From assembly GCA_009929695.1 (NCBI GenBank), contig RZZW01000011.1, positions 159 to 64,158 of the forward strand: a DNA stretch of 64,000 nucleotides. Direction: 5' to 3'. The notes below the pieces were generated by a model that was not told the origin of the DNA, searched no databases, and saw only the letters and a program-made list of their open reading frames with translations. Shown here piece by piece: positions 55,847 to 64,000 of the stretch (its first letter is position 1; every line of letters begins with the position of its first letter). The stretch comes from Clostridia bacterium. Lineage in GTDB: Bacteria > Bacillota > Clostridia > Oscillospirales > Ruminococcaceae. The position numbers and the translations under genes are program-made.

Positions 55847-58114
55847 TGATGTCATTTCGGGATATAATTTGCGAAGCTCTTCTATTTTTTCAAACGGAAT
55901 TTCTTCACCCTCGTGGCGGCCACAGCGCGGGCAAACCTCACCGATAACGCCCACGTAGCCGCAGACAGGGTCGCGGTCTACAGGGTGGTTGATGCTGCCG
56001 TAGCCAACGCCTGCGTCGTGCATGCAGCGCACCACGCTCTCGAATGCCTCGATGTTGTTTGCGGTGTCGCCGTCAAGCTCGACATAGCTGATGTGGCCTG
56101 CATTTGTGAGCGCATGGAACGGCGCTTCCTTGTGAATTTTGTCGTAGGCGGAAATGCCGTACCACACAGGGATATGGAAGCTATTTGTGTAGTAATCTTT
56201 ATCCGTCACGCCCGCGATTTCGCCGTAGCGCTTTTTATCCATGCGGATAAAGCGGCCCGAAAGACCCTCGGCGGGCGTTGCGAGCAAGCCGTAGTTGAGG
56301 CCTGTTCTCTTGCTCTCGGCGTCTGTGAAATCGCGCATATGCTTGACGATTTCAAGGCCCTTTTGCTCCATCTCCTCGCTCTCGCCGTGATGATGGCCGT
56401 AGAGTGCTGTCAGCGTTTCGGCAAGGCCGATAAAGCCGATTGAAAGGCTGCCGTGCTTTAACACCTCGCGCAGCTCGTCGTTGGGGCCGAGGTTGTCGGA
56501 GTCGATCCAAACGCCCTGACCCATGAGGAACGGATAGTTGTAAACATGCTTTGTCGCCTGTATCTCAAAGCGGTCAAGCAGCTGACGTGCCACAAGCTCA
56601 AGCATTGCGTCGAGCTTTTTGTAGAACAAATTCTCGTCGCCCTTTGCCTCGATGGCAAGGCGCGGGAGGTTGATTGAGGTGAACGAGAGGTTGCCGCGGC
56701 CATAGGCGATTTCGCTGTCGGGGTACGCGGTGTTTGCCATGACGCGTGTGCGGCAGCCCATTGTGGCGACCTCTGTCTCGGGGTGACCCGCCTTATAATA
56801 TTGAAGATTGAACGGGCTGTCGAGGAAAACATAGTTCGGGAAAAGGCGCTTTGCGCTGACGCGGCACGAGAGCTCGAACAAATCGTAGTTCGGGTCGCCC
56901 GGATTGTAGTTTACGCCCTCTTTTACTTTGAAAATATGAATGGGGAATATCGCTGTTTCGCCGTGGCCGAGGCCTGCGTCCGTGGCGAGAAGGATATTTT
57001 TTATCGCCATTCTGCCCTCGGGCGTTGTGTCTGTGCCGTAGTTGATGGACGAGAACGGCGTCTGTGCACCGGCGCGGCTGTGCATTGTGTTGAGATTGTG
57101 CACAAAGCCCTCCATAGCTTGAAACGTCTCGCGATCCGTCTGCTGTGTGGCGCGCTTGCGAACTGTTTGGACGAGGTGTGCGGCGTGCGCGTTGTCCATG
57201 CGGCCGTCCTCATATATTGTGCGTATGACGGCTGCGTCAAATTCATCGGCGTCGATTTCAAGGCGCGGTGCGTTGCCTGTCGCCTGTGATGCTTTTTCTA
57301 TCGCGAGTGTGGCGAGAGCCTTCTCGTCGTCTGATTCAAGCGCGTCCTCAAGACCTTCCTTGAGCTTGCGTGCATATATTGAAGCAAAGGACTTTGCGAC
57401 GCCCTCGGCCATTGAATAGTCGAAGTTCGGCACGCCCTGACCGCCGTGCTGGTCGTTTTGGTTGCTCTGAATAGCTATTGCGCCAAGTGCGGCGTAGCTC
57501 GCGATGCTTTTCGGCTCGCGGAGGTAGCCGTGGCCTGTCGAAAAGCCGTTTTTGAACAGCTTTAAGAGGTCGATTTGGCAGCAGGTGGTGGTGAGGGCGT
57601 AGAAATCGAAGTCGTGAATATGAATGTCGCCCTCGGCATAGGCTTTATTCTGCTCAGGTGTGAGCAGATATGCGGCGTTGTAGGCTTTTGCGCCCGCGCA
57701 GCCGATTTGAAGCATGCTGCCCATGGCGGTGTTGCCGTCTATATTTGCGTTGTCGCGCTTCATGTCCGAAAGGCGCGCGTCAACGTTTGTAATCTCGTCG
57801 ATTGACTTCATAAGGCTTGTGTTTGCCTCACGAATACGTGTGCGGTTTGCGCGGTAGAGGATATATTTTTTGGCGGCGTTGTCAAAGCCCGCACGCATGA
57901 GCCCCTGCTCAACCGCGTCTTGAATTTGCTCAATTTTGGGAGGATTTTCTCCGCATTCGGCTGTCAATTTTGCCTGAACGGAATCCGCAAGCTGCTTCGC
58001 CGATGCGTCGTCGCCCTCGCCTGATGCCGCAAGTGCCTTCGAGATGGCCTTTTGAATTTTCGACTCGTCGTATAATACAACTCGTCCGTCGCGCTTAACA
58101 ATGTTCTTGATCAT
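55829..58114 (-). CDS. nrdD: Anaerobic ribonucleoside-triphosphate reductase, large fragment lacking the glycyl-radical C-terminus
   Basis: 761 aa with an N-terminal ATP-cone (IVKRDGRVVLYDESKIQKAI), a class III RNR barrel and a Cys-rich CPRCG region. It ends ...LYPEMTSFCGCE without an RxxGY motif. Confidence 0.9.
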   Translation of the reverse strand: MIKNIVKRDGRVVLYDESKIQKAISKALAASGEGDDASAKQLADSVQAKLTAECGENPPKIEQIQDAVEQGLMRAGFDNAAKKYILYRANRTRIREANTSLMKSIDEITNVDARLSDMKRDNANIDGNTAMGSMLQIGCAGAKAYNAAYLLTPEQNKAYAEGDIHIHDFDFYALTTTCCQIDLLKLFKNGFSTGHGYLREPKSIASYAALGAIAIQSNQNDQHGGQGVPNFDYSMAEGVAKSFASIYARKLKEGLEDALESDDEKALATLAIEKASQATGNAPRLEIDADEFDAAVIRTIYEDGRMDNAHAAHLVQTVRKRATQQTDRETFQAMEGFVHNLNTMHSRAGAQTPFSSINYGTDTTPEGRMAIKNILLATDAGLGHGETAIFPIHIFKVKEGVNYNPGDPNYDLFELSCRVSAKRLFPNYVFLDSPFNLQYYKAGHPETEVATMGCRTRVMANTAYPDSEIAYGRGNLSFTSINLPRLAIEAKGDENLFYKKLDAMLELVARQLLDRFEIQATKHVYNYPFLMGQGVWIDSDNLGPNDELREVLKHGSLSIGFIGLAETLTALYGHHHGESEEMEQKGLEIVKHMRDFTDAESKRTGLNYGLLATPAEGLSGRFIRMDKKRYGEIAGVTDKDYYTNSFHIPVWYGISAYDKIHKEAPFHALTNAGHISYVELDGDTANNIEAFESVVRCMHDAGVGYGSINHPVDRDPVCGYVGVIGEVCPRCGRHEGEEIPFEKIEELRKLYPEMTSFCGCE

Positions 58115-58183
58115 GGTGTTCTCCTCGTTTTGCTTTACTGTCTGTATATTTTAGGCACTCACTAAATATCGGAAGCAAGTACT

Positions 58184-58212
58184 ATTATTACACTACATCT
58201 TGTGTTTGTCAA
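58184..58212 (-). promoter_or_regulatory. nrdD promoter candidate with an NrdR-box-like palindrome in the spacer
   Basis: On the minus strand, TTGACA (58212-58207), a 17-nt spacer, then AATAAT. The spacer contains acacaagatgtagtgt (58205-58190), which resembles the 16-bp NrdR box acaCwAtATaTwGtgt. Confidence 0.5.
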
Positions 58213-58313
58213 GCAAAAGAGAGGTAAATTTTTTAAAAGAATTTTGGTACATTTGCTATATTTTATTTTTCGCGCTATAATATAGTATATTTTGTATCGA
58301 GGGAAGTGAGTGT

Positions 58314-58862
58314 ATGCCCCAAAAACCGCAGATAATAGAAAGCAAAGGAATAGAATACACTCTGACTAGAAAGCGTGTAAAAAATATAAATATGCGCATT
58401 GCACCCGACGGCACGGTGTCTGTTTCGGCACCTCGCCTGTGCCCTGTTGAAAGGATATCACACTTTGTGTCCGATAAAGCGGACTGGATAGAAAAATCCC
58501 GCGCCCGCTATGCCGAAAAAGCCTTAGAAACCGCCATGCCATGCCGTTTTACGCACGACGAGGCAATGCAAATTTTCACAGAGATAAGCGATATATACTA
58601 CCCTCTTTTCGCGGGGCTGCTCGGGTTTGAAAAGCCTGTCATAAAGGTTAGGCTGATGAAAACGCGCTGGGGCAGCTGCATACCGTCAAAAAGGCAGATA
58701 ACGTTTAATCAGCGCCTTGCCGAAAAGCCTCGCGCGGCCATTGAATATGTTGTGCTGCACGAGTATGCACACTTCGCCCAGTGCAACCATTCGCCCGCAT
58801 TTTGGGGCGTTGTGGCGGCATATATGCCCGACTACAAGCAGCGCGAGCGCTTGCTTAAATAA
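58314..58862 (+). CDS. YgjP-like (DUF45) zinc metallohydrolase
   Basis: 182 aa with an HExxH motif (VVLHEYAHF) in the C-terminal part and the typical RWGSC segment. Confidence 0.75.
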   Translation: MPQKPQIIESKGIEYTLTRKRVKNINMRIAPDGTVSVSAPRLCPVERISHFVSDKADWIEKSRARYAEKALETAMPCRFTHDEAMQIFTEISDIYYPLFAGLLGFEKPVIKVRLMKTRWGSCIPSKRQITFNQRLAEKPRAAIEYVVLHEYAHFAQCNHSPAFWGVVAAYMPDYKQRERLLK

Positions 58863-58903
58863 ATATACATACCACAATATATAGTGGTGAACCGGAGTAC
58901 AAT

Positions 58904-60310
58904 ATGGATAAATACAAGCGATTGATGTCAAATACCATGCTGTTTGCCATAAGCACCTTTTCGTCTAAGGTGCTGAGCTTTTTCCTCACGTCGTACCACA
59001 CGCACATCATGGGCACGGAGAGCTACGGCGCTATAAATGTAGTTATATATATAGGCAATCTGCTGATACCCGTCGTGAGCCTCGGCATATCAAACGCTGT
59101 AATTCGCTATGGCATACAAAAGGGCATAAGCAAAAAGGCGGTGTACACAAACGGCATCATAGCCACGTTTATGGGCTTTTTGCTGCTGCTTGCGCTCACG
59201 CCCTTGCTGTCGATAATACCGTTTATAGGCGGCAATGTGCAGGGCTACTGGCCGCTATTGCTTGTGTTTGTGCTCGTGAGCTGTCTGCGCACCTTAAACT
59301 GCCAAATAGTGCGCGCCAAAGAGGCCGTGCGGCTGTATGCGTTTGACGGCATACTCGCCACTGCGACAAACCTCGGCTTCAACATACTTTTTCTATCCGG
59401 CTTCGAGATACGTCCCGACGGCATTTTGCTTGCGACGATATGCTCGGACGCGTGCAGCACTGTATTCCTTTTCTGCGTGTCAAAGCTTTGGCGGTATATT
59501 GATTTTAGAAAAATAAACAGACCGCTGTTTAAAAAGATGCTCGTTTACTCTCTTCCGCTTATCCCGACGAGCGTTTTTTGGTGGGTGACTAACGTGAGCG
59601 ACCAGCTTTTTGTGACGCATTACTGGGGCGACGGCGCGACGGGCATATATGCCGCGAGCTATAAAATACCGACGCTTATAAGCATAGTGGCGACGCTTTT
59701 CACCGAGGCGTGGCAGCTTTCGGCGTTCACGGACGGTCAGGAAAAAGGGCGCGAGGAGTTTTTCACAAAGGTTTTCGGCGCGTATCAGGGGCTTATGTTC
59801 CTCGCGGGCGGCGGCCTGATACTTTTATGCAAGCCGATAATGACGGTATTTGTGTCGTCCGCATATTTTGAGGGCTGGCGGTATATCCCTGTGCTCATCG
59901 CGGCGATGATTTTTTCAAGCCTAAACAACTATTTAAACAGCATTTATATGCTCATGCAGAAAAGCAAAATGTCGCTTTATACGATGGCGCTCGGCGCGAT
60001 TTCAAACATACTGCTCAACTGGCTTTTGATACCGCGCGTCGGCGTTATGGGCGCGGCCGTGGCGACGTTTATAAGCTATCTGCTTGTGTTTATAGTGCGT
60101 GTTTACAGCACGCATAAGCTTATCGCGATGGAATATTCGGGGCTGCGGCTCGCCGTAAACCTCGCGGCGGTGGTGCTTGAAAGCCTTATCGTGCTGCTTG
60201 AATTAAAACTGTGGTGGCTCTGGAGCGCAATTCTATGCGCGGTGATACTTGTGATAAATTTCGGCGCGCTGTGGAATACGGTTATGAAGCTGCTGCGCAG
60301 AAAGGCCTAA
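58904..60310 (+). CDS. MOP-superfamily polysaccharide/oligosaccharide flippase (Wzx/SpoVB-like)
   Basis: 468 aa with about 12-14 TM helices. N-terminal MSNTMLFAISTFSSKVLSFFL is typical of polysaccharide biosynthesis protein family members. Confidence 0.75.
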   Translation: MDKYKRLMSNTMLFAISTFSSKVLSFFLTSYHTHIMGTESYGAINVVIYIGNLLIPVVSLGISNAVIRYGIQKGISKKAVYTNGIIATFMGFLLLLALTPLLSIIPFIGGNVQGYWPLLLVFVLVSCLRTLNCQIVRAKEAVRLYAFDGILATATNLGFNILFLSGFEIRPDGILLATICSDACSTVFLFCVSKLWRYIDFRKINRPLFKKMLVYSLPLIPTSVFWWVTNVSDQLFVTHYWGDGATGIYAASYKIPTLISIVATLFTEAWQLSAFTDGQEKGREEFFTKVFGAYQGLMFLAGGGLILLCKPIMTVFVSSAYFEGWRYIPVLIAAMIFSSLNNYLNSIYMLMQKSKMSLYTMALGAISNILLNWLLIPRVGVMGAAVATFISYLLVFIVRVYSTHKLIAMEYSGLRLAVNLAAVVLESLIVLLELKLWWLWSAILCAVILVINFGALWNTVMKLLRRKA

Positions 60311-60313
60311 TAA

Positions 60314-60994
60314 ATGTGTGAAATGAAAATAATCGCGCGGGTGCACACTGATTTCGGGACGAAATTTGGCATACCGCGCCAAAGCGGAATTGCGAGCGAG
60401 CTTTGCGGCGAGGTTATATTTGAGCCGGAATACCGCAATTTAGACGCTGTGCGCGGGCTTGATGGCTTTTCGCACGTGTGGCTTATATGGCAGTTTTCCG
60501 AAAATATCCGCGAGGGCTTTTCTCCGACAGTTCGCCCGCCGCGCCTCGGTGGAAACAAGCGCATCGGCGTATTCGCAACGCGCTCCCCTTTCAGACCAAA
60601 TCCGATAGGCCTTTCGTGCGTTGAGCTTGAAAGCGTCGATTTTGACAGCCCCCTCGCCCCGATTTTGCACATAAAAGGCGCAGACTTAATGGACGGCACG
60701 CCGATTTTTGACATAAAGCCCTACATTCCCTACACCGACAGCCACCCGCAAGCCACAGCAGGCTTTGCAGACGCCGTGAGCGCTCATCATTTAGACGTAG
60801 ACATCCCGCCCGCTTTGCTCGAAAAGCTTCCAAATCAAAAGCAATCCGCCCTCATAACCACCCTATCCCAAGACCCCCGCCCCTCCTACCAATCCGACCC
60901 AAAACGAACATACGGCATGGTTTTTGCGGGGTTTGAGGTGAAATTTAAAGTTGATGATAATATTTTAGAGGTTATTGAAATTGAAAAAAAGTAG
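60314..60994 (+). CDS. trmO: TrmO/TsaA-family tRNA methyltransferase
   Basis: IARVHTDFGTKFGIPRQSG, FSHVWLIW, RSPFRPNPIGLS and DGTPIFDIKPY are hallmark YaeB/TsaA motifs. Confidence 0.85.
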   Translation: MCEMKIIARVHTDFGTKFGIPRQSGIASELCGEVIFEPEYRNLDAVRGLDGFSHVWLIWQFSENIREGFSPTVRPPRLGGNKRIGVFATRSPFRPNPIGLSCVELESVDFDSPLAPILHIKGADLMDGTPIFDIKPYIPYTDSHPQATAGFADAVSAHHLDVDIPPALLEKLPNQKQSALITTLSQDPRPSYQSDPKRTYGMVFAGFEVKFKVDDNILEVIEIEKK

Positions 60995-62847
60995 GGTGGC
61001 ATTGCTACTTGATTTTTTTCATACTCTCCATTTATGGCCTTTACAAACAATTGCACTATATTCTGATTGACACAATATTTATTGTTTTGAATTTCTTCGG
61101 CAAGCAATTTCAAGCTTTCTTCATAAGCTATTTTTGCATAATTGTTAGCTATTATAATACACACACTATGCCAACAACCAACCCAACCAAAAGCGTTCTT
61201 TAAGTAATCATTTAGCATTGAATAATACTGCTTAATATTATAATTGCTGATTACAACAATAACCATTTCTTTTTTGATGTTTTTTTGCGCTTCTAATATG
61301 TAGGCTATTTCGTCGTTGTCTGCTTCTCTTTCTATTCTTTTTCCGTCGATAACTTCTACGATTGAATAAACATCATTGTATATTATGTATCCGTTCTTTT
61401 TGAGCCTGTTCAGCGATTTATAAAAAATATTATTTATACGCTCTCTTACACGGCTATCAAAAGCATTGAGCTGATAAAAGGCTTGTTTTTCGTTTAGCTT
61501 ATTTGCTGCTTTGTATTTTTCCAGATACGTTTCTTTTTGTATTTCGTCATTATACTTATAATTTACCATTCCACAAACTTCATACCACCTGCTTTTTGGC
61601 AAAGTAGCATGATTTTTTTCTGTTTTAAGAAGATAGTCACACAAAAGCACTTGCATATACTTACTGTACACATCATCAATGCGAAAAGCGGGCGGCAATG
61701 GTGTGTCATATACTTCATCAATGATAAATGCGTTGCTCTGTTTGTGATAGCCAAAATATCTTTGCCACTCTTTAAGCTGTGATGTTTTTGCTGTGCCATT
61801 TGTCACTTTTTCATCAAGCAATATGCACATCTCTTTATAGTTTTTAATGGTCGCAAATTGCAATTGCAATTTGCGATAAGTTTTCATTCTATTTAATGGA
61901 CTAAAGTTTTGATACATTTTTTGCAAATCTTTTTCTGTTATATCCAAATACGCCTGTTCGGTTATTTTTACGCTTGAATGCCCTAAAATGCGTGACAGTG
62001 TATAGATATCCCCGCCGTTCATTAAAAACCGCTTTGCAAAATTATTTCTAAAATTATGCGGGTGCACTCTTTCAATGCCTATATTATTGCAATATTTTCT
62101 TATGTTGACCTCAAAATTATTTACCGTCACTTTATTGCCACAATTAGTGCAAAACAGATATTCTGTATCACGGTGTCTGTCTCTGAAATTAAACCAACGC
62201 CGTAATTGCTTCGCCATTTTCGTTCCAAAAAACACATACCTTGCTTTTTTGCTTTTGGTAACATCTTCGGGTATAAAGATAGTATTGTTGCTTAAATCTA
62301 TATTTTCATCTTTTAACTGCAAACATTCACCGATGCGCATACCTGCGTCAAGTAATAGTTGAATGATTACACTATCGCGCACTTGTGAAAACGCAACGAT
62401 ATCCAGCGACTGAATAAGCTTTTGAAATTCATCATCTGTGACAAATTCGAGCGGTTTTCTTTTCACTTCCATAAAATCCGTCTTCTTTATTGGGCTTTCC
62501 GATATAATATTCTCTGTTACAAGCCAGTTGAAGAATACCCGCATATCTTTAAGTGCTCCGTTAATTGTTGTAGCTTGGATATCCTTGCCCTTGTCGTGAC
62601 GGTTATCGGGTGTATTGCTGCGTCTGCTGTTTTGGTTTACGGCAACAGTGTATTTTCCCCTTTCTTTCATATATTGTAAATACTGCTGTATCTGCGCATT
62701 TTTGATTTTCTTTTCGTCTGTTATGCCGCTACTTTCAAAATATTGCTGCATAAGCCTTAATGTGTGCTCGTAGTTCGTGACTGTTTTCGGTGCTAGCTGC
62801 CTGTTTGTGCAGATGATTAGGAATTGGTCGATGTGCGTTTCTAACAT
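60886..62847 (-). CDS. Tyrosine recombinase/integrase fused in frame to a roughly 290-aa domain of unknown function, with its 3-prime end reading into the antisense of trmO
   Basis: Catalytic R (AGMRIGE), HxxR (HPHNFRNNF), LGHSSVKITEQAYL (H and Y). There is no stop between ...SPLNR and MKTYRKLQLQF (Met at 61887). The last roughly 35 codons lie beyond the low-GC boundary. ATG 62847 is preceded by AAAGGGG. Confidence 0.8.
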   Translation of the reverse strand: MLETHIDQFLIICTNRQLAPKTVTNYEHTLRLMQQYFESSGITDEKKIKNAQIQQYLQYMKERGKYTVAVNQNSRRSNTPDNRHDKGKDIQATTINGALKDMRVFFNWLVTENIISESPIKKTDFMEVKRKPLEFVTDDEFQKLIQSLDIVAFSQVRDSVIIQLLLDAGMRIGECLQLKDENIDLSNNTIFIPEDVTKSKKARYVFFGTKMAKQLRRWFNFRDRHRDTEYLFCTNCGNKVTVNNFEVNIRKYCNNIGIERVHPHNFRNNFAKRFLMNGGDIYTLSRILGHSSVKITEQAYLDITEKDLQKMYQNFSPLNRMKTYRKLQLQFATIKNYKEMCILLDEKVTNGTAKTSQLKEWQRYFGYHKQSNAFIIDEVYDTPLPPAFRIDDVYSKYMQVLLCDYLLKTEKNHATLPKSRWYEVCGMVNYKYNDEIQKETYLEKYKAANKLNEKQAFYQLNAFDSRVRERINNIFYKSLNRLKKNGYIIYNDVYSIVEVIDGKRIEREADNDEIAYILEAQKNIKKEMVIVVISNYNIKQYYSMLNDYLKNAFGWVGCWHSVCIIIANNYAKIAYEESLKLLAEEIQNNKYCVNQNIVQLFVKAINGEYEKNQVAMPPYFFSISITSKILSSTLNFTSNPAKTMPYVRFGSDW

Positions 62848-63026
62848 GGTTGTTGCCCCTTTCAAAATAGGCAACCTACATTTTTGTCAACCGTAAAATA
62901 AAAAAATAGTAGGTCGGTGTGAACATTCGTCCACTCAAACCTACTGCATGAAAACATGAGTGCTTACAATATTTTCCAGTATCAACAAATGGCTTTATAC
63001 CGCCATTTATGGAACATTTTTAACTT
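60995..63026. mobile_element. About 2-kb low-GC integrative islet remnant (one recombinase-fusion gene)
   Basis: Single lines are about 30% G+C, against about 58% in flanking genes (hand counts). It contains only the tyrosine recombinase fusion ORF. The 10-bp direct repeat ccatttatgg occurs at 61028-61037 and 63003-63012. Confidence 0.7.
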
Positions 63027-63180
63027 AAAAAAACTCCCCGCCTCTGCCGTCTGCAGCCAAACAAACCTACCATAATGGCAGGTGGGTGCTCTGCCGAAGT
63101 TTCATGCTCCCTTCTTCCGCTGGCGACCGAAATCGGGCGGGAGGTCTGCAATCCCTTTCATTGGACTCCGAGCTCCCTTT
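63027..63180 (-). ncRNA. Candidate structured RNA or complex terminator of unknown class
   Basis: GC-rich non-coding block. ccucccgcc (63144-63136) can pair with ggcggggag (63042-63034), enclosing about 93 nt with local hairpins (ccgauuucgg, ggcag...cugcc, ccugcc...gguagg), followed by U7 (63033-63027). I could not match it to any family. Confidence 0.25.
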
Positions 63181-63237
63181 AAATGTTTAGTAGGATTAAA
63201 CATGACTGCAACAAATCTAGCAGCGCAGGAAGTGTTT

Positions 63238-63567
63238 TTATTTGAAGTCGTCGGGGTCTATGTCGTATACGTCGCGCAGGCGCTCTGCGAACATTGCGCC
63301 GACGTCGTAAATTTCATCGTCGTCGTCAACTATGTCGAGGAACTCCTCGCCGTTCTCTTCGCTCACGCGCATGATGATGAGGTTTGCGTCCTCTTCCACG
63401 ACGTCCTCGGCGTTTTCCTTATAAGGCACAACGGCAAGATAACGCTCGTCGTGATAATCCGCGGCGTCGATCACTTCAAACTGAAATTCGTTGTTCTCCT
63501 CATCGGTCAAGGTGATTATATCGGGGTCATACGACTCTTCTTCAAGTATATCGTTATTATCTGCCAT
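63238..63567 (-). CDS. DUF1292-family small acidic protein
   Basis: MADNNDILEEESYDPDIITLTDEENNEFQFEVIDAADYHDERYLAVVP pattern. ATG 63567 lies 7 nt after AGGAG, and the ORF opens at 63636. Confidence 0.7.
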   Translation of the reverse strand: MADNNDILEEESYDPDIITLTDEENNEFQFEVIDAADYHDERYLAVVPYKENAEDVVEEDANLIIMRVSEENGEEFLDIVDDDDEIYDVGAMFAERLRDVYDIDPDDFK

Positions 63568-63723
63568 AGCTTTGCTCCTATACGTTAAATGTTTATCGGA
63601 CATATATATTTTATCCGTTATATTGTTTCGCGTCAAGGTGTATATGAAAAATAATAGGGTGTTAAATCGTTTTATTTTATGCTACAATACTATTATATAT
63701 AATTAAAATCAGGAGTATACTTT

Positions 63724-64000
63724 ATGATATATAAAAAATTTGCAGCGAGCTTGTGCATATGTGTGGCGCTGCTTTTGTGCGCGTGCTCAGAAACAATAGG
63801 CATGGGCGGCTCGACAACGCGCGGTGCGTACACCTCCGAGACAGAGGCGCAGCTTATGCCTCCTACAGAGGGTGTGACGACTGCCGTATTTGTGACGAGC
63901 ATGGGGACGTTTAAGGCATTTTTGTTTGAAACGGACGCTCCGATGGCTTGCCAAAACTTTATAGGGCTTGCAAATAACGGATATTTCAACGGAATAAGCT
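63724..64000 (+). CDS. Cyclophilin-type peptidyl-prolyl isomerase lipoprotein (5-prime partial, runs off the window)
   Basis: Absent from the ORF track because no stop falls in the window. MIYKKFAASLCICVALLLCAC signal peptide with lipobox, then VFVTSMGTFKAFLFETDAPMACQNFIGLANNGYFNG, a cyclophilin N-terminal pattern. RBS AGGAG. Confidence 0.75.
   Translation, partial: MIYKKFAASLCICVALLLCACSETIGMGGSTTRGAYTSETEAQLMPPTEGVTTAVFVTSMGTFKAFLFETDAPMACQNFIGLANNGYFNGIS

Noticed and set aside
58155-58172. A second NrdR box about 32 bp from the first, as expected for tandem NrdR sites.
   Set aside because: The best candidate (actcactaaatatcgg) matches only about half of the 16-bp consensus, which is too weak to call.
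63027-63180. Assigning this block to a known family: SRP RNA, tmRNA, tRNA, or a cobalamin, Moco or SAM riboswitch.
   Set aside because: - The SRP helix-8 GGAA tetraloop context (GGUCCGGAAGGAAGCAGC) is absent.
- There is no tRNA-like acceptor or T-arm.
- Only partial strings resemble the B12 box (accugcc) or Moco motifs.
- No downstream gene on that strand could be regulated.
The class is left as unknown.

Overview
This is a 64-kb chromosomal window. G+C is high, roughly 55-58% on single 60-nt lines I counted by hand. The gene content looks like Firmicutes/Clostridia, which is an inference from NfnAB, the DUF4321-Maf-MgsA cluster, zapA-U32-dut and a class III RNR.

Recognisable operons and genes:
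- nfnAB
- two metY paralogues plus cysK, in a sulfur island with two Rrf2 regulators, a rhodanese and a disulfide oxidoreductase
- potABCD
- a tightly coupled operon of an M20 hydrolase, a NifH-like ATPase and a D-aminoacylase-like protein
- an AraC-linked locus with a GPH transporter, a cinnamoyl-esterase-like hydrolase and an enoate reductase
- two paralogous PAS hybrid histidine kinases
- an OmpR/HK pair followed by a MacAB-like efflux module
- a ParE/Phd toxin-antitoxin pair
- glgP plus a GH13 enzyme, NfeD/SPFH, prfC, trmB, nrdD-nrdG, a flippase and trmO

Main observations:
1. nrdD is split into a 761-aa body and an unlisted 51-aa glycyl-radical peptide. The split is caused by a 79-bp AT-rich insert flanked by a 9-bp direct repeat, and the insert supplies a stop, a promoter-like -10, an RBS and a start codon.
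2. A roughly 2-kb low-GC islet carries a tyrosine recombinase fused in frame to an unknown domain. Its ORF runs across the islet junction, and the islet lies next to a GC-rich structured element.
3. Intergenic DNA is packed with modular repeats: GTAGGG-headed hairpins (REP/REPIN-like), a 25-bp inverted-repeat family, a 105-nt multi-hairpin doublet with compensatory changes, and polypurine tracts that start at stop codons and build nested palindromes.
4. The window carries an unusual load of gene lesions: five in-frame stop codons and five frameshifts, four of them in homopolymer runs. They fall mostly in signalling genes and may be assembly errors or real decay.

I recognised no rRNA, tRNA or CRISPR array by eye.
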